A stretch of DNA of 64,000 nt from Pelagomonas calceolata (lineage: Eukaryota). Position numbers and translations under genes: made by a program. Of the stretch, positions 19,404 through 30,025 are shown one piece after another (positions within the stretch are counted from its first letter, which is position 1; every line of letters begins with the position of its first letter). Where the stretch lies: positions 3,348,001-3,412,000 of the forward strand of contig CAKKNE010000004.1 of assembly GCA_918797485.1 (NCBI GenBank). Direction: 5' to 3'. Below the pieces are notes generated by a model, which saw nothing but the letters and a program-made list of their open reading frames with translations, had not been told where the DNA came from and searched no databases.

Positions 19404-21556
19404 ATGGCCGCAGCGGTGCCCCAAAGGCAGACTCCGCTAAAAAAATGGATCTCTGATGGCTGTGTGTGCGTGAACACGGCCTCCGGCGGGAACGACGACG
19501 TGAACGCTGTACCGGTCGCATTCGTGGGCCTGGAGCTCCTCGCGCTGTGCCGCCGCGGCGGACAAACCCCCGCGTGGGACGAGCCGTCAGTCGCGCCGGA
19601 GGAAGTCTTCTTTAGCGTGCGACGGAGCGCGTTCGTGGCGGTGACGGCGCCGTCGACGCTGCGAGGTTGGGTCAGACCCGACGGCGAGAACTACGCCGAG
19701 GGCCGCGACTTCTTCGTCGTCTCCGCGCTTGTTGGAAGGCGGAGGCTGACGGCGAGCGAAATTTTGAGGAAGAAGACGACCGGGGCGCTGCGCTACGAAA
19801 GCATGGCGCGGCCGCCGCGTCCGCATCGCACGTCCGTCCGTCGACGTCACCCGCGCAGGTATTCATGTCGCCAGGGCTTCTCGGAGCGGTCGTCTTCGCC
19901 GATCGCCGGCGCCGCAGAAGAGCTGGGGCTGCTGCGACTTCGCCGGCCGAGTGGAAGGAGCTCGACGCGCAGGCCGTGGCCCTGTGCCGGCCTCGCTGGT
20001 CCGGCGAGACCAGGCTCGTCCCCGAGACGTTGATCGCGCTGAGCGCCTACGATGGCCCGCCGCGACCGGCCCGGGGCTCGGCGTTCCGAGCCGCGAGGGA
20101 TCTGCTCGCTCGACGCGTCCCGAAGCGCATCGACACGAAGCTGTCGATCGACCAGACGGACGAGCTCGTCGTGACCGCGGCGATCCTCGAGGCGCTGGCT
20201 GGCCGCGAGGAGCCCGACGCCGACCTGCTCCGCACGCTGAAGCCCGGCTTCGCGGACGTTGGTATCGAGCTCGGCGACGTGAGGCAGTTCGGCGACCTAC
20301 GGCTCACCGCGCGGAACGCGGTCTACGTGCACGTCGTCTCGGCCGTCCGCAACCTCCTGCGCGCTCCGCGTCTCTCGCGACCTATCCGGGCCAGCGAACG
20401 CATCGTGGACTGGATGCGGGCGCTCTCAAAGGCGCCGATCCTCGCGCCGGCCGTGCCGAAGCCCGCCAACAACGCGCGGCCTCTGGAGGCCGCGTTGAAA
20501 ATCGTCGCGGCGATGCTGGCGGCGAAGAACGGGCCGACGGCGGCGGCGGAGACTGCGCAGCGCCAGGAGGCGCATCTGCGGGGCGGCGGGCACGACGCCG
20601 CCGCGGACTTCATCCGGGCGCCGTCGACGAACCAGGCGTCCAAGGAATGCGAGCTCGTCGCGGCGGCGTCGATGGCTGTGTTGAAACGGCTACTCAAAGA
20701 CCGCGACGTGACTATTACGAGCGACGCGGGGTCTCAGACGATCGCGGGCGTCGCCCATCACTTCCACGCGTTCCGTATGCTCGCCGTCGTGCCCACGGAG
20801 GCTGCTCCAGCATGGAGGCTGTCGGCCTGGGCGAAACGAGCTGCGGCCGCGCAGGAGCGGGACTCGAGACGGCTGGCGCCGGGGCTCTTCGTCCCGGGCG
20901 ACGCGCCGCCGGGGGACCTCAGCGGTTACAACGCGTATGTTAGGGCAACGGCGGGCTCAGCGCATCAGGCCGTCGCCGACGGCCCGGACAAGTTCGGCGA
21001 GGCCTCCCGAAGCGTCGGCGAACGGTGGAAGGCGCTCGGGCCGATCGGGCAGCGGCCCTACGACGATGAAGCGCGGGACGAGAACGTGGATCGGCTCAAG
21101 GCCCGGGCTGATTACGCGCACGCTTCGGTCCTGTGGGGCGCGTCCCAGGGAGCGCTCCCGGAAGCGCGGGCGCTGATGGCCCAGCCCTACCGGCCGGGCC
21201 TGCCGCAGACCGTTACGGCTGGTGGGCTCTTCGCGTCCGCTTTTCCGATTGATAAAGGGACTATCGCTGCGCACTTCGCCGCGGCCGGCAAGTCGTGGGA
21301 CGAGCTAGATCCTACGGCGCGCCAGGCTTCAGAGGACGCGGCCTCCGATAGAAATAGGGACCTCGCCGCGGCGACGGCCCGGGCGACGCTCGTGCCGCAG
21401 CGGCTCGCCGACCTGGGCGCCGACCGTGACGCGTGGGCGGCCATCGCCGCGCGTGCAGGGGTCCCGGCCCTGCCCACGGCCGAGGCCGTGCGGGCGGAGC
21501 CGCGGTCTCTTCCCGACGCGCTCAACGAGTCGCTGATGCGACTGAATTCGATGTGA
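19404..21556 (+). CDS. Transposase-associated ORF: putative first catalytic Asp plus two HMG-box-like repeats (probable intron ending at 19858)
   Basis: TITSDAGS (D at 20723). HMG-like SGYNAYV...KFGEASRSVGERWKAL...RPYDDEA. Frame change bridged by a CGCAG acceptor; donor uncertain. Confidence 0.55.
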
Positions 21557-21989
21557 CTGCATGACCCGCAGACGCCCCCTACGGAGTGCTTCGATCGCTC
21601 TCGTCATCGCGTCGTTCGTGTCGACGTCCGTATATTTTCGCAAGCGCGCACAAGGCGCATCGTAATAACATGACCATCATCCCATTTGACTAGTACCATT
21701 CGGCCGGCGCGGACTCCGCGCTGAGGCACGCCGCTGCTGCGTCCAGCTAGAATCCGTACCGCCAGGCGTGAAGTGGCTCCGCGGCCTTCGGACGCGTCCC
21801 GAGAGACGCGTATTTTCACCTGAAAACCCGTCGCCTCTCACAAACCGATTTGCTCTGCCGCGCCTCCCCGCCGTCCTCCGTCTCACAGCCCTCCTCAGAA
21901 CTGCTTCAGAGCAAAGCCCCGGGCCAGGGCTTAGGCCATCTTGCTCTGGTGAGGCGGAGGCGGCGCCGCCCGGCGCCGTGCGCGCGCAA

Positions 21990-24421
21990 ATGCGGGATGC
22001 TCATCTGATCTGTCTGAAGGTCGCCGACCGGACCGGCACGCGCTTCGTCGCGTGCGCCAGCTCCGAGTGGACGGTGGCGCAGCTCAAGACGGTGCTGTGC
22101 GCGGCGTCGTTCGGACAGAAAGGCGAGCTCCGCCTGCGCCCTAGCGAGATCGCGCTCTCCCTCTGCTCGGTCCAACTCGCCGACCAGCGGAAGCTCTCGG
22201 ACTACACGTTGGTCCGCGACAGCGTGGTGAGCGTGCGCGTGATCGGCGCCGACGACCGCAAGCCGCCCGGCCACCTGCCGAAGTGGCTGAGCGACGTGGA
22301 GCTGTCTATTGTGAGCTGTCCCCTCGCGATGGTGGGCTGCAGCAGGAAGGCGGACGGCGAGCTCGTCGCCGAGGCCTTCCAGGAGGCGCTGGAAGCCTTC
22401 GGCCCCGTCGACCTCCAGCAAGTCGGCGCCTGGACCGTGGACGGCGCCGGCGACGGCAAGGTCGCGCGGCGCGTGCTAGCGGTCTTGCAGCGAGAGCTGT
22501 GTCGGAAGGCGCAGGGCGGCGACGAGGACGACGTGGACGACGAGGCGGAGCTGCTCCCACTACGCGTACGACGCCCCCCCATCGGCGGCGACTGCGTGCC
22601 CCATTCTGTGCACGACGCCATCAAAGGTTTGATGCGTCGCTATTTTGCGGCCTGTAAGCACTCCTCGGGCACGAAGTCGAACGATGTGATGAGCCGGTCG
22701 ATCGAGAGCGCCTGCGCGCTCCTGCGAAAGCTGTTGACGGAGGTCCAGCAGAGTGGCGTCGTCGTGGAGGACTGCGCCGAGACGCGCTGGGGCAGCCACG
22801 CCCGCGGAGCGCTTCAGTTGGCCGTCGCTGCGCCGTTCTTGGCCCGGGTCTTCAAAAGCCACTACGGCATCACGGGCGCCGAGGACCTGAAACAGCTAGA
22901 CTGGAAGGAGCGGCGGACCTACTTGATGCTCACGGAGGCGCCCCTACGCCTGACGCTATTTATTTTGGGCGAGCTCCACTACTACCTCTGCCAACCGCTA
23001 CTCGACTGGGCCAACGCGTGCTCGAGCCTGCGCTTCGACGAGATCGGTGCCAAGGTCCTGGAGCTCGGCGCCGCGTCGCTGATGACGCCGTCGGACCGGC
23101 GGGACTTCTTCCCGAACTCCTACGCGTTCGCCTGCGCGGCGGGCTTCGCCGCCTCCGACGTCGACGCCATCGTGACGAAGCACGTGGCCAACTTCATGAG
23201 GTACATGCTGAATCGACTGGACCTCGTGCGGCGGGCGCCGTACTGCTACACGTTCTTCTTCTCGCCCGAGCACCGCCAGCGCCTCGCCCAGTCCCTCGTC
23301 GCTGCGCTAGAGGCCTACGAGCGGGGCGAGGGCGACCTGGAGGCGTTCGAATTCTGCGACACGCTGGGCTTCCGCGAGTCCGACGAGCTGGCCGCGGCGC
23401 TGCGGGAGGTGGCCGCCGGAGGGCCCCTCCCGCGCGTGCTTCACAAGCGCGACTCTGCGTCCGAGCGGTGCACCCGACTCTCATCGGTCGATTTACACGT
23501 AGGCGCATCGCCGAGACCCACGGCGCGCTCACGTTCGGCCAGGCCGCCGCCGAAAACGACGTCCACATCTGCCAGCAGCTCCTCGAGATGAACTTTCGGA
23601 GGCCCTTCATGCTGTCGGTCATGTTCTTCCTCTTCGGCTCGCAGATGGATCTGACGGACGCCATCCTCGAGTCGTTTCCGGACGACTCGCCGGAGCTCCG
23701 GGGCCTTCGCGGCGAGAATCGCGGGCGCTTGGCCGACGAAAAGGCCGCGCGCGGTGCTGAGGACGCGGCGCGGCCCGACGTCGCCATCACGGAGGCGGAC
23801 GCCGCGGCCGTGTTAGATGCGACGACGTCCGCGAGGGACGACGCGACGAAGTCGAAGGACTGCGCCGCGGCGGCGATTGCGATCGCGGAGCGGCGCGGCA
23901 CCCGGGCCATCGCGGAGCTGCCGCCGCACACGGATGGCGCGTGCGCCAGCTGCGGCGACGCGGCGCCTCTGTTGGCGTCGTTCTGCCACGATACGGACTG
24001 CGACTCATACTGCGCGCTCTGCGCGCTTATCGCCGCGAGCCAGCCCGGCGTGGAGTTCTGCTGCCCGTCGTGCGAGACGGCGACGGACCGCTTGCTCGTC
24101 GATGTGGCCGCGCAAACGTTTGTGACAAAGCTCGAGGCTGCCAAGGCCGCGTCCGCGACGGCTCCGGCGAAAAAGAGGGCCCGAGAGAGGGGCGCGTGCT
24201 CCCACTGCCAGACCAACTACGGCGTTCACGTCACGGGCCACAACAAGAGCAAATGCCCGTTCGTCGCGCGCGACGGCGCGCCCGCGCCTGTGCGCCGCGT
24301 CAAGCGCCACCGCGTCGCCGCCGCGGACGACCAGTCACTCTTCTTCGGCGAGACGGCGTTCGGGGACTCGCGGGACGAGACCAAGGGGCCGGCCTTCACG
24401 TCGTGCCTCTGGGGCATGTGA
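21990..24421 (+). CDS. hAT-like DDE transposase core with N-terminal ubiquitin-like domain and C-terminal RING-like and zinc-knuckle motifs (GC-AG intron 23447-23502); true start uncertain
   Basis: WTVDGAG (D 22440), CVPH (22593), ETRWGS (22779), AAAEND (E 23552). Ubl WTVAQLK..LADQRKLSDY. CASC..CHDTDC..CALC..CPSC; CSHC..GHNKSKC. Confidence 0.65.
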
Positions 24422-25272
24422 ATCTGTATCTGGGCCCGCACACGGCGGGTCCTAATTACCATTATTTCTGACTACATTCCTCTCGGGGGGCGGCTCGCGG
24501 CGAGCACTCGGTTCGCGCCGCGCCGCGCGCCGTGCCGACGCGGCCTCGGACACGGTGCGTCGCTGGGGACCGCGCCCCGGCCGGAACCGCGTCGCACGTA
24601 ACTTTCACCGGGCCGACCCGACGGCCTCGACGCGGGGGGCGCGCGGCCGCGCGGACGCGCCGCCGTCGCGACCAGCCGCGAGGCCTTGACGGCCGCGGCG
24701 ACGCCGGGCTGCCGCTGCGCCAACCGCTCGCTTCCGGCTAAACCATTTCTGTGGCCGGCGGGGCGCCCTCGGCCGAAAGCGCGAGAACGTCGCGCGGTCA
24801 GCAAAACGCGTGCGTCGCGCCCCGTGCAGCAGTTACGCTGGCGAAGCACTCCTCCAGGTCCCTTCTTTGTAGTCCGGGAGCCGCGGCTCCGCGCGTTGCG
24901 CTGGCGGCGTAATTTACGGCCGTCGAAGGCGCGTCGGGCCCAGGCCGCGCCAAAGGCCGCCCTAGCGTTCCCCGCCAGCGGCGCCTCGAGCAACGCTTGA
25001 CCCAGCCCAGGCCAGGGGGTGTCTGCGGCTACCGCCGGCGCGCAGCAGCCCTCGTATCGAGCCGTGCACGCGCCGCTGGCCTGAAAAAACGGGTTTCCAA
25101 AAAAACCCGGGACGAAATTACGGGTTTGTGTCCCAAGGCCGCGCAGCGGCCTGGTGGATACACGCCGGGGCCGTAGTGACAAAAATTCGCCGCAGATAGA
25201 GGGTCGTCACGCAACAAATCTTGAGCTCTTGTCGAGCATCTGCAGGCCTGAGAAGCTGAGATCTGAATCCAA

Positions 25273-26850
25273 AATGTCCAGCGACGATAGCGGCGTCGAC
25301 GAGACCGGCGTGGACCGCATGGACGTCCGCATCGTTCAACACATGACTCTGGGCGCATTGCCGCACAGCGACGCGGTCCAAGCGCTACTCGCGAGCGACG
25401 GCGACGTACTGGAGGCGTGCGCCAGAGTCGTACCACGGGAGGACCCCCATTTCTCGGACCGGCTCACGGCCGCGGCAGAGGCGGCGAGCGCCGAGGCCGA
25501 CGTCGATGACGCGTTGGACGTGGCCAGCCCTTTGGGCGCGGCGGGATCGATGCAAAACAAATTACGAGAAAACAACCTATCTGCCGGCGGCGACATCGAC
25601 GGCGTCGACGCCTTCGACGCCAGAAGAGCGTCGCGCCGGGCGTCGGATCTGCTCCGCAGAGCATCCTTAGCAGACGACGAGGACGAGGAAGAAGCCGCGG
25701 ACGTGCCACAGATTTACGCGCGCTGGGGCGGCAACGGGAAATCCGACCCAAACACAAGAAAGACGTGGACGCAAGAGGCTCTCGAAACGTACTTCGATAA
25801 ATATGATGACGTCCCATCAGGCCCGGATTTTGAAGCGGGCGGCGGCAGTGCCCGGGTCGCTTCAGAACTACGAAAGATCAAGAAACGTCGTGATAGAGCT
25901 CAGAAGCGGCGCGCCGGCGAACAAAGACTCCAAGCGTTAAGACAGGCCGGTGGCATTTATAGTGGCCCGAACGCCCAGTTCCCGACGGACGGAAATGGAG
26001 TGATCACGAAGGTTAAGAGAGAAGACTGGGAGGCGGGTGGTGGAGATCCGAAGGTCTTCAAGAGCGAGTCACAGCGCTGGCGCACGTGGCATCACGCGTC
26101 CGAGCGGACGGTAGATCTGCGCGAGGCGCCGACCGCCACGGGAAGGGTGCCCAACGCATTCGTATCTCCGGGCCGCAATTACTTTTATTTCTAGAAAATT
26201 GGGCGGTCCGGAACGGCCGAGCGGACTACGGGCGACGCTTGTTGGAGGCGTGCGTGCAGGGCGCGTACGGAACGGCCGGTTTGATTGCGGGCCTCGATCC
26301 GGTGCAGCGCGAGCTGGCTGTTCGAGGCCGCGGCGCAACACGGATGGCGGATCGCCTGGGCGCAAGCAAGGACGAGATCGATGCAGTCAACGCTCAGCTC
26401 GGGGTGCTCGGCCGCGAGTTCTCGGACTTCGTACTGGCGGCGGCGGCGCGCGACGAGTCCCTGCCGTTCTCACTGCAGTTCTGGGACCCCACGGGCGGGC
26501 TGGACGCGCGGATCCACCGCGTCACCGACATAGCAAGCCTCGTCGACGACGACGAGTATAACCACTGGGGCGACTGGACGGACACGGCTCTCAAGTCCCA
26601 GCTCTACGGCGCGCTCCAGTACGGCGCGCGCTTATTGACCGACGATCCAAGTTTAGTTCTGGCCGACGAGGTCGACTCGAGCTGCTTCCGCAATTTTGTG
26701 GACCGCCGGAACAAGTACAATCTCTCCGGCTACGACTGGACGATCTGGTTCGGTTGGATTCCGTGTAGAAGCTTGCACGGGATAGCCTTAGCTTGGTGCC
26801 CCGGTGCCTTCTGGGGATCGACGCGTCTCGAGTCCATCTGTATCTCTTGA
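25273..26850 (+). CDS. Unknown cargo protein(s) with UBA-like N-terminus; frame change near 26190 (pseudogene or unrecognised intron)
   Basis: Overlapping ORFs 25154-26194 and 26086-26850 with protein-like composition; DAVQALLASDGDVLEAC is UBA-like. Confidence 0.4.
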
Positions 26851-27115
26851 TGTTCGCGCAGGCCTGGACTACCGTCTGACGTACACGCACCCCATCACGA
26901 AGAGGCGCATCGTGATCTGTCCGCAGGTCGTGCGCGACGAGCTGCGCGCGCGCGCCGCCGCGGCGCGTTCGGACGCGTAGCGCCCGACTATACGTCCCTC
27001 CCCCACATGGCCCCGGCTCAAACCTGGCGGCCCGTTCCCCCGGCTCTCCCCCCTGGTCTTTACGGACCCTTAATGAGTCACTCCGAATTAGCTAGGCCGC
27101 AGGCAGGCCCGTGTC

Positions 27116-28508
27116 TTACTCCGCGAGCCCTTGCTCCGCGGTGCGCGTGATCGACTCCCATATAGCCTTCGGAATTGGTAGCTCGTCGGCCTGGACCCGA
27201 GCCGCGGCTTCGGCGGCGGACCGGTCGCCCGGAACTCTCGCGCCCGCGTCCTTGACAGCTTTACAGACGGCGGCGGCCTTTGCGTCGAACTCGTCGACGA
27301 GCGCGTCTGGCTTCACACACAGGAACAGGTGGCCCCAATTCTTGGCGTCCTTTTTGACCTCCTGACCGACGACGGCGCCGCCTGACAGCGCCCCTGCCAA
27401 CAGCTCGACGCACAGGGCTAGACCGGCCCCTTTATGTCCGCCTGTGTGGAAATCAAATTTCGGACCACACTAACTCACTGGTTGATTTCCACACAGGTGG
27501 CGTGCCGAACGTCGCGATGGCTCCTCCATCTAACACAGCGCCCGCGTCCGTCGTCACCTTCCCGCTCGCGTCGTAGGCGACGCCTTCCGCGAGCGGCGCG
27601 CCCGTGGCCTTGGCCGTGAGCACGCCGAAGAGCGCCACCGCCGACGTCGCCATATCAAACGAGAATGGAGCCTGGCCCTTGCGCGGGACCGCGACGGCCA
27701 GGGGGTTCGTGCCGAATACTGGGGAAGCGCCGGCGCTTGGCGCGACCTGTGCGACGCGAGGTTCCATACGCCATCATTGGCGCGAGTCGCAGCGTGAAGG
27801 CACCGTCGGACGCCGGTCGCGGACGAACTCCGGCGAATTGGCCAAGGCGAGGCAGACTAGACCTCGTTTCGCCTGTCGCTCGGCGTAGAATGCGAGCTGG
27901 CCCGACGAGGTTGAGGTGTTGTAGGCGCTCACCACCGCCACCTGTGTAGAAATCAAATTTGACGCCGCGTTCAATCGCGTCGACCTCCACGCCATCGACG
28001 CGACGCTTGCTCGATGGCGTGGCGATGCCGATTCCTCACCGCTCGACGGAGCCAGCACGGCCGCGTCACCGCTGAGAAATGACTTAGTGAAGAAGGATCG
28101 GGTGCATCCGACGCACTGGTTGATCACGTTGTTTTCTAGCGCTTTGTCCGCCGCCAGGTCCGAAGCCGTGACGGCCGCGAGCATGCCCGGAGCTTGATTC
28201 GCATTGATCGCAGCGGACGTCGCCGTCTCGCGTTCGACGACGGGCTTGCCCGCGCCCGGTTGTGGTGCCATGAGTGACGGGTTGAACATTTTCACGAGGC
28301 CTTGGTTGTTGCCGCATAATTCGGCCGCGGTCATGATCTCCGCCTGGACGTCGGCGGCCTCGTCGTCCCATCCGATCATGCGCAGCGCTTGCGCCGTCGT
28401 CGACTGAGCCTCGTGCACAGAGACGGTGACGGTGTCCGCAGCGGAGAGGTGGCGCACTGTGCACACCCTCGTGCGCGACACGGCGCGCATGGCATGGCGG
28501 AGGAGCAT
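27116..28508 (-). CDS. Ldh_2-family (type 2 malate/L-lactate/sulfolactate) oxidoreductase; exons 28508-28128, 27941-27825, 27746-27506, 27441-27116
   Basis: Spliced product has FGTNPLAVAVP, FDMATSAVA, FGGHKGAGLALCVELLAG and RVPG; N-terminus resembles a mitochondrial presequence. Confidence 0.9.
27442..27505 (-). mobile_element. Introner element, short type; 64-nt GC-AG intron
   Basis: Perfect TIR CTGTGTGGAAATCAA / TTGATTTCCACACAG; removal restores FG|GHKG. Confidence 0.85.
27747..27824 (-). other. 78-nt GT-AG intron
   Basis: Removal joins NSPEF|VAPSAG and deletes an in-frame stop. Confidence 0.8.
27942..28127 (-). mobile_element. Introner element, long type with truncated 5' TIR; ~186-nt in-frame intron
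   Basis: Colinear homology with 45931-46130; ends TTGATTTCTACACAG. Donor position tentative. Confidence 0.8.
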
Positions 28509-28612
28509 CGTAGCGGTGCAGAATGAATCGATGCGGGCCAGTCCGTGTGCAAGGTGCGGCCTTAACCGCTAATGCGAGGCAATGCAAGCCAGACTGCTCA
28601 TGACTCGATCTT

Positions 28613-28635
28613 CTAGTGTGTAACAGGACGCTAGC
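28613..28635 (+). promoter_or_regulatory. CTAG-dyad upstream motif
   Basis: CTAGTGTGTAACAGGACGCTAGC. Confidence 0.65.
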
Positions 28636-28743
28636 CTCGCATAATTGGTGTTTTGGCAAGAGAGGCGCCTGTGGGCGCTGCTGCACCTCCGGCGAAGCGA
28701 TGAGCATCAATAACTGACGTACGATCACAAAAAAGGGCAAATA

Positions 28744-29733
28744 ATGATGGCTGCAGCTGACTGCACCTGGCCCCAGCGCACACGGCCGCTGCGGCAGCTT
28801 ACAGACGATCAGTATGCAGCCTGGGAACGTGATGGTTATGTCGTGCTGCCAGGCATTGTGCCGCTCGATTTATGCGAAAACGCCGCGGCAGCCATACGAC
28901 GATTCATCGGCGCCGACGATTCGAGGCCGGTGAGTTGGTACACGAACACTGACGACATTTACGACGCGACGCTGTCGCCGCGGCCGGCGCACGGCCCCTG
29001 CGGCATGGTGCAGCTGTACCACCACGCGACGCTGTGGGCGCTACGCCAGCATCCAGCTATTCATGCGTGTTTCGCGGATGTGTACGGCACGGAGCGCCTG
29101 TACGTGACGTGCGACCGCGCCCATTTCAAGCCCCCGCAAAGCGCGGCGCACCCAGCCTGGTCCGATGCTGGTCCCGTGCACAGCGGCCTGCACTGGGACG
29201 TCGACGTCAAAAACACGCCGGTGCCGTTCTCGGTGCAGGGCGTCGTGTATCTGGAAGAGACGCGTGCCGAGACGGGCGCGCTCCGCGTCGTGCCCTCGTG
29301 CCGCGGGCGGATCGCTACGGTAGACGACTCCGAGGCCGTCGCGGTCGAGGGACCTGCTGGGAGTTTGGTCCTGTGGCATTCGGCGACGAAGCACGGACCG
29401 GGTCGGAACACGTCCGATCGGCCGCGCGTTTCGGCCTATGTCGCCATGCTCCCCGTCGATGCCTCGCCGTTCCTTGGCGATCGGCCTCCGGATACCGCGT
29501 TGTCGTTGAGTGACTCGGGAACTCTCAAATACGACGAGGACCCGCGGCGACCGCGCCTCTCGCGCGACGCACGCATCGACCGCTGGCGGCGCCGGCTGCC
29601 GCTGCTCGACGAAGACCCGCGCGAATCTCAGCTCGACCGCGCGCCGCCGGGCGAGGAGGACGGGGAGCCGTTCGGCGGGCTCACGCCGCTCGGGCGGCGG
29701 CTTGTGGGGTTGGACGAGTGGTCTTCCTCGTAG
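28744..29733 (+). CDS. PhyH-family dioxygenase
   Basis: WERDGYVVL, LHWDVD, GALRVVP, GSLVLWHSATKHG, RPRVSAY. Confidence 0.85.
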   Translation: MMAAADCTWPQRTRPLRQLTDDQYAAWERDGYVVLPGIVPLDLCENAAAAIRRFIGADDSRPVSWYTNTDDIYDATLSPRPAHGPCGMVQLYHHATLWALRQHPAIHACFADVYGTERLYVTCDRAHFKPPQSAAHPAWSDAGPVHSGLHWDVDVKNTPVPFSVQGVVYLEETRAETGALRVVPSCRGRIATVDDSEAVAVEGPAGSLVLWHSATKHGPGRNTSDRPRVSAYVAMLPVDASPFLGDRPPDTALSLSDSGTLKYDEDPRRPRLSRDARIDRWRRRLPLLDEDPRESQLDRAPPGEEDGEPFGGLTPLGRRLVGLDEWSSS

Positions 29734-29831
29734 CTTTTGTTGTTGTACCTAAGTCTTGAGTATACTGTGTTGTGAGGTGCTGGAATAGTAGGCGTCCCCC
29801 GGGAGACAGCGTCTAGAGACAGCGTCTTTTT

Positions 29832-29855
29832 GCTAGTGCCTTACAGGCCGCTAGC
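29832..29855 (+). promoter_or_regulatory. CTAG-dyad upstream motif
   Basis: GCTAGTGCCTTACAGGCCGCTAGC. Confidence 0.7.
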
Positions 29856-30025
29856 CTCGTATGGGATTAATTATTGACGTGTGGCGTTTTGTCCCCGAAC
29901 TCGGTGTAGGCGCAGCACCTGACTCACACAGCTCGCCACATATCTCAATTTACCCGCCCTCAGCGCTACGCCGAACCTCGCCCCGATCTGTTGGGCGCCG
30001 ACGGCGTTTGACGCAGATTTGGTCC

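Larger units (their letters stand above)
19246..27110 (+). mobile_element. ~7.9-kb accessory block with a hAT-like transposase locus and unknown ORFs; boundaries set by the flanking gene-tail duplication
   Basis: Bracketed by direct repeats 19111-19245 and 27111-27222; DDE motifs inside; lacks the host promoter motif. Confidence 0.65.

Noticed and set aside
23447..23470. RDSASER as the hAT catalytic Glu motif
   Set aside because: It falls inside the predicted GC-AG intron; AAAEND in the next exon fits better.
27111..27120. GTGTCTTAC (promoter-motif core) at the Ldh_2 stop codon
   Set aside because: Lacks the properly spaced CTAG arms and lies at a 3' end; probably coincidental.
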